Part shown: piece by piece, positions 29,274 to 37,770 of the stretch | How positions within the stretch are numbered: position 1 is the stretch's first letter | How the letters are laid out: each line of letters starts with the position of its first letter | Virus record (IMG/VR): IMGVR_UViG_3300031521_000049 | Span: 2,834-66,833 of that record | Length of the DNA: 64,000 nt | From: a virus | Reading direction: 5' to 3' (one strand) | Made by a program: the position numbers and the translations under genes | Notes under the pieces: generated by a model | What the model was told of the DNA's origin: nothing | Seen by the model: the letters and a program-made list of their open reading frames with translations, nothing else | Databases searched by the model: none

Positions 29274-30172
29274 ATTCCCAAACTCCTTTTCAAAACCTTT
29301 ATTTCTTTTTCAGTTGCTGCACCAAGATCATGTTTTAATTCAGTATCGATTAATTGAACATCATTAACTCCCAATGCCGCCATTTGTTTTGCTAATTTCT
29401 TTGCTCGTTCTTGTGCTTCTGCTTCTGGATCAAAAACAATAAGCAATTTAACAAATCTTTTTGCTAATAATACACGCTGCTCAGGACTTGTGCTAGTTCC
29501 TAATGTCGCGCAACAATCATCTCCCCATCGTATAGCATCAAAAAAACCTTCTGTAACAACTGCAAAATCATTTCTGCAATTATCAAGATTATATAAAATA
29601 TGTTTAGGATTAATTACTGAATATTCAATACCTAAACTTTCATAGCGCAATATATCAAGCTCGTCACATTTTCTTTTTGATAATATAGATCGAGCTTGAA
29701 AACTAACTAAACGATTGTTATAAAACAATGGCAAAATTAATCGCCCTGCATATCTCCCAGTAAAAGGAATCCCAATAACTTTATATTTTTCATATATATA
29801 GTCAGGATCGAAATTGCGTTTAATTAAATAGTTCCTGCCTCGCTCATTTAATTCATCACAAGGCAGAACTATTTTTTGTGCCGATGCCTTTTTCTTATTC
29901 AGCTTATTTCGTACTAAAACATTACCAGTATATTTTTCAAGTATTCCTTCGACCTGATAATATTCAACTGACAATAATTCTTTTAATACTTTATAAATAG
30001 AATGATTTTCGCACACCCAGCAGTGATAAAATCCTTCAGATAGATTAAATCCTCCTTTATAACCTCGTGATCCATTATCATGAAAAGGACAATTTACATT
30101 TACATAATTATCAGTATTTCTTTTATAGTCAACATGATAATCATTAAATAGGCGAACATAATCTATCTGCAT
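29270..30172 (-). CDS. DNA primase (CHC2 zinc finger + Toprim)
   Basis: CPFH..CWVC, VTEGFFDA, ATLGT, FDPE. Confidence 0.88.
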   Translation of the reverse strand: MQIDYVRLFNDYHVDYKRNTDNYVNVNCPFHDNGSRGYKGGFNLSEGFYHCWVCENHSIYKVLKELLSVEYYQVEGILEKYTGNVLVRNKLNKKKASAQKIVLPCDELNERGRNYLIKRNFDPDYIYEKYKVIGIPFTGRYAGRLILPLFYNNRLVSFQARSILSKRKCDELDILRYESLGIEYSVINPKHILYNLDNCRNDFAVVTEGFFDAIRWGDDCCATLGTSTSPEQRVLLAKRFVKLLIVFDPEAEAQERAKKLAKQMAALGVNDVQLIDTELKHDLGAATEKEIKVLKRSLGI

Positions 30173-30181
30173 TTAAACAAC

Positions 30182-30736
30182 CTAACTAAAATCTTTATTG
30201 ATAAGAATCTTTTTTAATTTTAATGCAAGATTAACCATACTCTCCTCTGAGTCTTCACCTCCATCTTTATCAAAAAGAAATATAAATGAATCCTTACTTA
30301 TATTTTTATAAGTAAATGTCCAAAATGGTTTCCTTTCTCTTTTGAAAGAAAGATAGATTGGTCGAGCATCTATTCTTTTTTGTTTTATACTTGTTCCTTC
30401 AAATTTTTTATTTTGAAGGCTCTTAATTATTTTTTCTACATCTGATTTAGAATATATTTTTTCTTCTATCTCACAAACATTTTTTAAGTGAAAAGCCGAA
30501 TTTGGTTTTGTTTTTGAGTTAAATCTCCTCGACACTACAAATCCTAAATTTTCTTCGCTCATATCGTCATAATCAATTCCGTTTTTTTCAGCAAAATCGA
30601 TACAACAATCCAAACAAAAATGAGAATGTCCTTTTATTTTAGTGTGGGATTCTGGAAAAAGATTTATGTTTTTTCTTTTGCTACACAATTTGCAAACCCT
30701 GTATTCATTGTTATCGAATAAACTTTCCATTTTCAT
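30182..30736 (-). CDS. Hypothetical zinc-finger protein
   Basis: CKLC...CLDC N-terminal motif. Confidence 0.55.
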   Translation of the reverse strand: MKMESLFDNNEYRVCKLCSKRKNINLFPESHTKIKGHSHFCLDCCIDFAEKNGIDYDDMSEENLGFVVSRRFNSKTKPNSAFHLKNVCEIEEKIYSKSDVEKIIKSLQNKKFEGTSIKQKRIDARPIYLSFKRERKPFWTFTYKNISKDSFIFLFDKDGGEDSEESMVNLALKLKKILINKDFS

Positions 30737-31038
30737 TTCTCCTTAATAATAAAATTAAAATATTGAGTCAAAATTTCTTTTGCTTCATCCAAATTACTGC
30801 ATCTCAAAACCATCGATTCAAGCCTATGAAGCAAAACATATTGACCTTGCTTCCGTAAAGAACTCCGCATCTTTTTTAAATAGTGCCAAGGTTCTTTTTC
30901 TTTTCCAGTAATAATCAATTTATATTTTTTATCCATTACTGGAATTGAAACAATTGCTTCGGCTTTTTTCTTTTCTCTTGTTGCTTTAATTTTGTCTTTT
31001 TTTTCTTGTGACATTTTCGAGCCTTTTACAATTGGCAT
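30733..31038 (-). CDS. Hypothetical basic protein
   Basis: ORF with GGAGG RBS. Confidence 0.55.
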   Translation of the reverse strand: MPIVKGSKMSQEKKDKIKATREKKKAEAIVSIPVMDKKYKLIITGKEKEPWHYLKKMRSSLRKQGQYVLLHRLESMVLRCSNLDEAKEILTQYFNFIIKEK

Positions 31039-31043
31039 ATTAT

Positions 31044-31340
31044 TTAAGCCTCCCAAAATCGATAATCATTGTTATTAATACAATATCTTTCATCAAGTTC
31101 ACTGTATTTTGCGCAATGCATATGACCATCAGATCCGACACCTTCAACACCACGACCACGATTTTTACAATTCTCACAAAATTTCTTTGAATCTTTTTTC
31201 AATACTAGAGGGTTATTTAATTCATCTTCAATTTCTCGCCTCACTGCATTTTTAAGGGCGGTGATATAAATATATGTTTTATCTCTTTCTGTTGATAATT
31301 GCAAAATAGCTTCTTCCCAGTGTTTAGTTCCATATAACAT
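31044..31340 (-). CDS. Hypothetical Cys-rich protein
   Basis: CENC..C..C motif; GGAGG RBS. Confidence 0.55.
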   Translation of the reverse strand: MLYGTKHWEEAILQLSTERDKTYIYITALKNAVRREIEDELNNPLVLKKDSKKFCENCKNRGRGVEGVGSDGHMHCAKYSELDERYCINNNDYRFWEA

Positions 31341-31341
31341 T

Positions 31342-31965
31342 TTAAGCCTCCGCGCAGATATATTTGTTTTCTGTCCACCAATCTTTTATTTCCATCCAAG
31401 CTTTTTTTGTTCTGCTCGGATTCCAATTATTATACACTCGTTTAATTTCTGAATACCTCGGAAGTCTTTTTGTTTCATCCTCAACATCTTCCCATTCTCG
31501 ATTCGTTATGTAAGATAAAACGGCTTGGGCGTCATTTGAAAGATTTACTTTGCTTTCGATATATTCGATTGCACACTCAAATTTATTATAGGTATTAATC
31601 GGAGTTTCTTTGAAGTCTTTACTGTCAATTGAAGGATATTTTTTATTCTGCCTCAATAAACAATAATCATTAATCGTCCGAAGCCTATTATAAAGATAAG
31701 TTCCGAATTGCGCTTTTGATGGATCATATGTTTCGAGAGCTTCACAAAATATCAAATACGCTTGTGAGCGTAAATCATACACATCGTGATTAAAAAACCT
31801 TGAAGCAATCCATGCTGACTTTTCAATCATTTTTCTGTACTGCTTAAAATAAAGGTCTTTTGAATTTACCTTTCTGTTTTTTCGTTGCAACAGAATTCGA
31901 TCTTTATTTTTTGCGTAGTAATTATGATTGTATAATTTCCTAAGTTCTTTGTTTTTAAGAGGCAT
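31342..31965 (-). CDS. Sigma-70 region-2-like transcription factor
   Basis: DLRSQAYLIFCEALETYDPSKAQFGTYLYNRL resembles sigma region 2.2-2.4. Confidence 0.65.
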   Translation of the reverse strand: MPLKNKELRKLYNHNYYAKNKDRILLQRKNRKVNSKDLYFKQYRKMIEKSAWIASRFFNHDVYDLRSQAYLIFCEALETYDPSKAQFGTYLYNRLRTINDYCLLRQNKKYPSIDSKDFKETPINTYNKFECAIEYIESKVNLSNDAQAVLSYITNREWEDVEDETKRLPRYSEIKRVYNNWNPSRTKKAWMEIKDWWTENKYICAEA

Positions 31966-31966
31966 T

Positions 31967-32140
31967 TCATTTTCTCCTTTTAATCTCGATTCGTTCTTTG
32001 CGGATTTTAGGTTTATAATCCTTCATTAATTTAAGGCTACGGAAACATTCGGGACGCTCAATAATTTTGCATTGAGTTCCACAAACATCTCCGTGCCAAC
32101 ATCTTTCTTCCCAAGGACAAGTTGTTTTAATCTTTAGCAT
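31967..32140 (-). CDS. Small Cys-rich protein (57 aa)
   Basis: MLKIKTTCPWEERCWHGDVCGTQC...; fills gap, below ORF-track cutoff. Confidence 0.5.
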   Translation of the reverse strand: MLKIKTTCPWEERCWHGDVCGTQCKIIERPECFRSLKLMKDYKPKIRKERIEIKRRK

Positions 32141-32143
32141 ATT

Positions 32144-32425
32144 TTATTCTGCCTTAGTCCTTTTGAATCCCTGACATTTTCTCTCAAGCCAATCTTTTCT
32201 TTTTGCAGAAAGATCATCAATCATCCGTCTCCAGTTATTTCTCATTACATGGTCGGATGCTTTGGCTTCTGCAAATTCAAGACTACATATTTTTTCAGTA
32301 TATGTAATAAAATCTTCTGGTTTCTTTTCAAGTTGGTTCAAAAGTACTCGCCTTGTTTTTGGAAGATTCTTGAATAGTTTTTCAACTTTGCGACGAGATA
32401 AAAAAGATTTAATGTTCATGCTCAT
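32144..32425 (-). CDS. Hypothetical protein
   Basis: AAGGAG RBS. Confidence 0.55.
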   Translation of the reverse strand: MSMNIKSFLSRRKVEKLFKNLPKTRRVLLNQLEKKPEDFITYTEKICSLEFAEAKASDHVMRNNWRRMIDDLSAKRKDWLERKCQGFKRTKAE

Positions 32426-32721
32426 ATCATCTCCTTTTCGATACCAATATCTTTTTCGTTTTTGATTACAACTTTCGTATCTGTAACTTTTTTCATTACA
32501 GGATTCGGGTTGTATCTTCGAGTTACAATTGGATTACAAAAGTTTCTTGCCCAACCATTGACGATTTCTTTTGCACGACCATTTCCATAATGCAAGGTTT
32601 TAATCATCATTTCGATTGCAACATCTTTAGTTATTTCTTTTGCTTTTAATTTAAGTCGAATGATGCTGACTTTGTTGCAACGCTTTTCATACTCGTTTTG
32701 TGTTAGGATTTGTTTATTCAT
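32422..32721 (-). CDS. Hypothetical protein
   Basis: Start re-set to MNKQ after GAGGAG. Confidence 0.55.
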   Translation of the reverse strand: MNKQILTQNEYEKRCNKVSIIRLKLKAKEITKDVAIEMMIKTLHYGNGRAKEIVNGWARNFCNPIVTRRYNPNPVMKKVTDTKVVIKNEKDIGIEKEMI

Positions 32722-32836
32722 CTGCATACTCCTCATAAGAATCTTGAACAAATTCTGGGCGACTTCCATCATCTTCCCAATCAGCAAGTTCCATATTTCT
32801 TTCGCCTTCAAAATCATCATTATTTAGTTTGTTCAT
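32714..32836 (-). CDS. Small acidic protein (40 aa)
   Basis: MNKLNNDDFEGERNMELADWEDDG...; coupled to both neighbours. Confidence 0.5.
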   Translation of the reverse strand: MNKLNNDDFEGERNMELADWEDDGSRPEFVQDSYEEYADE

Positions 32837-33198
32837 TTTGCTTCTCCTGAAAAATCTTTTCTGAGTTGAATCAATTCTTTTTCTGCGGCTTCGATATCAT
32901 CATTTATTTTTTTTATTTTTTCGTCATATTCTTTTTTAGCTTCGTTTAATCTTTCGTCTTTAGAAGTTATCTTGACGATAAGGTTTGAAATGCGACCATC
33001 ATAAAAATATTTTGGTTCTGCATAAATTGAATATCCACATCCGCCACCGATTCTTGAGTACTTTGAATGAGGTACAGTCACTAAAAGTGTTTTGTATCCT
33101 TCATAATCTTTTTGACGAGATTTTACTTCTTCTTTATCTGAAGAATAAACTCCTGTAAATCCATATCCTCTTGCTTGTGCTTCTTTTTCTGTTGCCAT
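32833..33198 (-). CDS. Hypothetical (putative early) protein
   Basis: Conserved leader AAGGAGTAATCAAATG. Confidence 0.65.
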   Translation of the reverse strand: MATEKEAQARGYGFTGVYSSDKEEVKSRQKDYEGYKTLLVTVPHSKYSRIGGGCGYSIYAEPKYFYDGRISNLIVKITSKDERLNEAKKEYDEKIKKINDDIEAAEKELIQLRKDFSGEAK

Positions 33199-33273
33199 TT
33201 GATTACTCCTTAAAAATAAGTTTCTTTCCGGTTTTATTTTCCTGATATTGTCGTCAGGCTCGACTTCGATTAA

Positions 33274-33552
33274 TTATTTCTTTCCAAACAATCGATAATA
33301 TTCGTCGATTCCGAATTCTGTTATCATGTAAATCGGATCGCCATTTACTTCATCTTCATAAAGTAAGTTTTTGTTTCGAAGTGATAAGCAAACTCCAGTT
33401 GCTTGTTTTTTGGTAATTTTAAGAGACTCTGCAACATTTTGAATTTCGCAGGTTGCAGCGTTATCAGATTTTTCATCTTCTGCTGTTTCGTAATTAAAGC
33501 TGAATGAAGTTTTGATTGTTTTAAGTTCCATTTCAGTGTAAGTTTGTGTCAT
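33274..33552 (-). CDS. Winged-HTH-like small protein
   Basis: VAESLKITKKQATGVCLSLRNKNL..ITEFG; conserved leader. Confidence 0.6.
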   Translation of the reverse strand: MTQTYTEMELKTIKTSFSFNYETAEDEKSDNAATCEIQNVAESLKITKKQATGVCLSLRNKNLLYEDEVNGDPIYMITEFGIDEYYRLFGKK

Positions 33553-33556
33553 CTGA

Positions 33557-33844
33557 TTACTCCTTCCAAAAATTGATTTCAGCTAAAGTGTTTCCAAGAA
33601 GATTAAGGATATCTAATTGACCGCCAAGTTTTTCGTAATTGGAAAAATAAACAATCGCTTCTTTTTCATACTGAGTCCCAAGAAGGATTTTAAGATTTTC
33701 TTTTGCTGCACAAGTAGCTGATTGATTATTTGATACTTGTCTGACTGCCGCTTGAAGTTGATTAAAATAATTAGTTTGTTCAGCTTCAATTTGATTGTAT
33801 TTGTTAATCAAGTTTTGAAGAGCGTTTCTTTCTTTTGTTGTCAT
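33557..33844 (-). CDS. Hypothetical (putative early) protein
   Basis: Conserved leader; start re-set to MTTKE. Confidence 0.6.
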   Translation of the reverse strand: MTTKERNALQNLINKYNQIEAEQTNYFNQLQAAVRQVSNNQSATCAAKENLKILLGTQYEKEAIVYFSNYEKLGGQLDILNLLGNTLAEINFWKE

Positions 33845-34172
33845 TTGATTACTCCTTAATAAAGTTAAGTTTCTTTCCAAAAAGATCGTGATTTTATTTG
33901 GACTTTCTACGAACTTCGGCTCCTACCTTTCCAGGTTATCAACGCTCTGTTTTCCTTGCCCATCAAATCTGGTTGTTTTCTCTCAACCTTTAATTCATTA
34001 TAAAGGTGGTATCGAATAATGTATATCCCTCGACACTCTGTTTTAAGCATTTTCTTTAAAAAATCGTCAAAATAAGTAAAAATAATCAAACAATCTGTAA
34101 AGGGCTTTTTCATAATCGATATTATAACTCATATAATATTATAAAAATCGATTTCTGATACGCACGAGGATT

Positions 34173-34301
34173 GCCGTAAACGAACGCAAATAAATTTCTG
34201 GTATAATTACACTAAAAATCAAAACAAATGCGTTTACGGCGTTTTATGCTCAAAATTTGCGTTTTTTACGTCTCGACTCACTAAAAGGTCTAATTATACC
34301 A
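34173..34301. repeat. Three interleaved inverted-repeat pairs in intergenic DNA
   Basis: GCCGTAAACG/CGTTTACGGC, AACGCAAAT/ATTTGCGTT, TGGTATAATTA/TAATTATACCA. Confidence 0.75.
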
Positions 34302-34376
34302 AAAACCATACAAGATTCAAAAACTATATCAAATTCGTTGTTAATTGAGCCTTAAAACGAGGTTTAATTGATGCTC

Positions 34377-34730
34377 TTAATCCTCCTTTGCTCTTTTAGA
34401 TAACCTTGATTTAACAAAGCGATCAGAAACAGCTTTTCGCTGCTCATCAGTCATTATTCGTTTATTAGGATTAATAATTTTATCTGATACTGGAATTTTA
34501 TTTAGATACAAATATATTGAGCAATTTTTACTTGTGCAAACTGAAATTGATAATCCGTTTCTACACCACCTGCAATAATCCTTAACTGCTTTTGATCGTC
34601 CTCTAGCTCCAGGAAGAATCATTTGAAAAAGCTGACATCTTTTATTTTTACATTCAGCAATTCTTTTTCCTTCGTGACAATCTTGGCAACGAAGTTTAAT
34701 AGCAAATTTAACTGTTAATAATTTTTTCAT
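34377..34730 (-). CDS. Cys-rich hypothetical protein
   Basis: Two C..C.....C...C repeats; AAGGAG RBS. Confidence 0.6.
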   Translation of the reverse strand: MKKLLTVKFAIKLRCQDCHEGKRIAECKNKRCQLFQMILPGARGRSKAVKDYCRWCRNGLSISVCTSKNCSIYLYLNKIPVSDKIINPNKRIMTDEQRKAVSDRFVKSRLSKRAKED

Positions 34731-35956
34731 TTCAAACTCCTTGGTATTGTGATTCCAATATCGTGTTCTTTTATTTTTGTTTCGACATACCAATTAAAAG
34801 TTTTATTATCAATTCCAAAATTTCCTATCTTCGGATGCTTGCCAATTGTATCTGAAATCCATTCAAGATAATTTTCCATAAATCCTGTTCGAGTTGAGAG
34901 CCAATATTGACAATTAGAATCTTTTGAACAAAGCCAATTCATATTTTTGTCATACCATTTTACAAGTTGATTTATTTTTCTATAGAATAAATCTTCATCA
35001 TAATTTTCTCTTTTTAATATTGGGTTTACTAATGCTGTTATTTTTGACGGAAGATTATTATATATTTTTTCTGTTGCGACTGTAATATTAGTTGAACATT
35101 TTTCTAATAAGCAAACATAAAACATAGATGTCTTGTTAAAATCGCAAAAAATAAATTCATCAATATTTCTTGGCAAGACCTCTTTGTTATTTTTCTCAGA
35201 ATCACTGTCAAACCAAGATTGATAATTTTTAATTGAATTCAAAACAACTTTTTCAATATTTGTCCAACTTCCCTTACAACTATTTATTTTTGTTTGTATT
35301 TCGTTAGTTTTATTTAGATAGTATCCATATTGTTTTTTATACCAATCTTTTAGCGAATCAACTCTATTATTAGTTAAAAATCGACCTTCATAAAGAGAAA
35401 TCATTTGATTTTGGAACTTAGAGAATTTTACTGTATAATGATAGTTGTCTTCTGGAATCTTATGTTTGAAAATAAAATCACCATCATAATTATTTTTTAT
35501 AGAAACAATTTTTTCAAATAAAAAAAATACATTTTTATTATAAGGATGTTTCTTTTTGTTTGTGTTTTTTATTTCTGGTTTAATTTCATTTCCAGTTATA
35601 AGACTTTCCATTTTTGTATTCTCCAACTCATCTATAATTCCAGGATAAAATCTAAAATATGTTTTTGGGCCACCCATTCCATTATCTCTTGATAGTTTCA
35701 ACTGGAGTATTTTTTTATCGCTATATTCTTTTATTTTTCTTCTAACAGTAAAAATATTTTTGAATATAGCAGGAAGATCATCAATAACTTTAGTATATTT
35801 TATCCAATAAAATATTTCTCCATCTTCGTCGATTATTTTTCTCATTTTGCTTTCATTGGTAAACGTCATAAACCATCTAAGAAAATTAGAGTCATTCCCA
35901 TCGAGATTATATTTCACTAAAGTATCTTGCCTAAAACCATCAAGTGTAACTTTCAT
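34727..35956 (-). CDS. Putative replication initiator (N-terminal winged HTH)
   Basis: LRWF...SKM...DGEIFYWIKY..VIDDLP...TVRRKIKE pattern resembles phage replisome-organizer N-termini. Confidence 0.55.
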   Translation of the reverse strand: MKVTLDGFRQDTLVKYNLDGNDSNFLRWFMTFTNESKMRKIIDEDGEIFYWIKYTKVIDDLPAIFKNIFTVRRKIKEYSDKKILQLKLSRDNGMGGPKTYFRFYPGIIDELENTKMESLITGNEIKPEIKNTNKKKHPYNKNVFFLFEKIVSIKNNYDGDFIFKHKIPEDNYHYTVKFSKFQNQMISLYEGRFLTNNRVDSLKDWYKKQYGYYLNKTNEIQTKINSCKGSWTNIEKVVLNSIKNYQSWFDSDSEKNNKEVLPRNIDEFIFCDFNKTSMFYVCLLEKCSTNITVATEKIYNNLPSKITALVNPILKRENYDEDLFYRKINQLVKWYDKNMNWLCSKDSNCQYWLSTRTGFMENYLEWISDTIGKHPKIGNFGIDNKTFNWYVETKIKEHDIGITIPRSLK

Positions 35957-36488
35957 CCTTTTCCTCTGTTATTTTTTGCTCTATTCTTTTTGTTTCTGAA
36001 TTTTTATCTTCAATTGAAATTAATTCTTGAAGCTTATGAAAAGGAAGTAAATATTTCATATGTTCATTTCCATTTTCAATTAACAGATTATAAGATTCTA
36101 CTCTTGTGTTTAATTCTTTTAATTTTCTCTTTATTGTTTCTGTGTATTCTCCTTCATCAAGAAATTTCCAAAGACCTCTGACAGATCCTTCTTTGCATGA
36201 ATACCCAAATGGCGTTTTTCTTTCTTCTATTAAAACTTGTTTTATTCCATTTAGATTTCGTTTCCAATAATCAAGAGTTGGAATCCAAGCCGAGCCACTA
36301 TCTTCAACATAATCTGCAAAGCCCATTTTCTTGAAAGTTGATTGCATAGTTTTAACAAGAATATCAATATGAGGAAGAGGTAAATAATTTTTATCTTCCA
36401 TAAGTTCAAGAACATCAGCACCTAATCGACAACGAAAATGTCTGCAAGATTCTCCATTTTTTCTTGCTCTTGATTTTTTATTCTTCAT
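35940..36488 (-). CDS. Hypothetical protein
   Basis: Coupled between ParB-like and Rep-like genes. Confidence 0.55.
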   Translation of the reverse strand: MKNKKSRARKNGESCRHFRCRLGADVLELMEDKNYLPLPHIDILVKTMQSTFKKMGFADYVEDSGSAWIPTLDYWKRNLNGIKQVLIEERKTPFGYSCKEGSVRGLWKFLDEGEYTETIKRKLKELNTRVESYNLLIENGNEHMKYLLPFHKLQELISIEDKNSETKRIEQKITEEKDESYT

Positions 36489-37314
36489 TTGGTTCCTCCA
36501 TATTGTCCATTAAGGATTTTATTTGATTGTGAAGTCTTTTTACAAATTGCATGGCTTCGGGTGAAAACATTCCTTCTTTTGCAAGAATAGTGGCAAGTGA
36601 TATTTTTTCTTTTGATTCTTTTAGAAAATCCAAATAGTCTTTTACTGCCTTTGGATGTTTGTTTGGGAGTTTTTTGTTTTCCTTTACTGCTTTTGCTTCT
36701 TTTTCTTTTTCTTGTTTTACGAATCTTTTAGCATGAAGATCAACATCAACTTTATTTAATGTTTTCTTTCCACTGACAATGTCTTGAATTGTTTCTTTTG
36801 GGAGTTCATTATTTTCAACAGCAGTTTTTATTTTTTTAGCTCGTTGAACACTTGATGCTGAAACGCCGAATTGCTTACCGGCTTCTTCAGATGCTGTTCC
36901 ATGTTTTATTTCTTTATTTTTTTTTTTATTTTCTTTATTAACATTATCTTTAATTAAAGAGGATGTTAGATCATTTCTTTTTCCTTGTCTTTCTTTTGCT
37001 TTCTTTTCAAACTCAGGAAGCATTTCAGTAGCGAGCATTGCGCGTTGACTTTCTGATAAATGTCTTCGCCTTATGTTTACAGAAATTACATAACCAAGTG
37101 GATCAGTTCCAGTATAGGTTTTTGTTTTTGGTTCAACGTCTAATTTCTTGCAGGCTCGATAGCGATTTATACCGTCAAGTATTTCTCCATCAAAAAGTAT
37201 AATAGGTTCTTTCTGCCCATTCTTTTTAATGTCATCAACGAAAAGATCAAAGTCAGTTCCTTCAATTTGAGGAAAGTACTTTGCCAACTTGTGAAACTTC
37301 AGCTCCTTAATCAT
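36478..37314 (-). CDS. ParB-N domain protein with HTH
   Basis: DIKKNGQKEPII...ILDGINRYRAC, NIRRRHLSESQRA, HTH AGKQFGVSASSVQRA. Confidence 0.8.
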   Translation of the reverse strand: MIKELKFHKLAKYFPQIEGTDFDLFVDDIKKNGQKEPIILFDGEILDGINRYRACKKLDVEPKTKTYTGTDPLGYVISVNIRRRHLSESQRAMLATEMLPEFEKKAKERQGKRNDLTSSLIKDNVNKENKKKNKEIKHGTASEEAGKQFGVSASSVQRAKKIKTAVENNELPKETIQDIVSGKKTLNKVDVDLHAKRFVKQEKEKEAKAVKENKKLPNKHPKAVKDYLDFLKESKEKISLATILAKEGMFSPEAMQFVKRLHNQIKSLMDNMEEPNEE

Positions 37315-37335
37315 AACAAACTCCTTTAGAAAATA

Positions 37336-37442
37336 AAAACCCTTTAGTCGGGATTCTTTGGACATTCTTTCAAACCCCTCAAGCGGATAAGGTTTAATCG
37401 AATAGAATCCCTACTAAAGGGTTTTCTGTTTGTTAAACCGCT
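37336..37442 (-). promoter_or_regulatory. Structured 5' leader (22-bp stem, possible pseudoknot) of ParB/Rep operon
   Basis: Inverted repeat 37336-37357 / 37404-37425 with 1 mismatch; loop AGCGG..GGTTTAA complementary to TTAAACCGCT 37433-37442. Confidence 0.6.
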
Positions 37443-37493
37443 CGAATCTATTTGGCGACGATAAACTGTGCCCAGCAATTTATCACTTCATAT

Positions 37494-37510
37494 GTATATT
37501 ATAGGATATC
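37494..37510 (-). promoter_or_regulatory. Phage promoter motif (copy 6), leftward
   Basis: 16/17 match. Confidence 0.8.
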
Positions 37511-37574
37511 AAAACAAATGTATATATTAAAATTAGAATTATTTTCCAAAATAAATTATTTAAGTAAATCTATC

Positions 37575-37700
37575 AAAAGCACGTAGTGTTATATTATATT
37601 TATATAATATATTCTTAATAATGTATTATATATTATATATGTGAGTAAAAATGCTTACTACGTACTAAGCGAAAATGCTTACTACTTGAGTAAAATATCA
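37575..37700. other. Candidate replication origin
   Basis: Near-pure AT tract ~37590-37640 next to direct repeats AAAATGCTTACTAC (37648-37661, 37672-37685), at the strand switch of transcription. Confidence 0.45.
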
Positions 37701-37751
37701 CTGTTATATAGAAAGAAACTATTTTATAATTAATATATAAAAATCGTCATT

Positions 37752-37768
37752 GATATCCTATAATATAT
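37752..37768 (+). promoter_or_regulatory. Phage promoter motif (copy 7), rightward
   Basis: Perfect copy; no substantial ORF follows for ~370 nt. Confidence 0.8.
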
Positions 37769-37770
37769 AT

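Larger units (their letters stand above)
33196..33878 (-). repeat. Repeated leader GGAAAGAAACTTA...AAGGAGTAATCA(A/G)ATG before three small genes
   Basis: Copies at 33196-33229, 33550-33565 (RBS part only), 33842-33878. Confidence 0.75.

Noticed and set aside
33907-34113. 68-aa ORF upstream of the early-type genes
   Set aside because: No recognisable RBS or motif; may be non-coding control sequence, so not called
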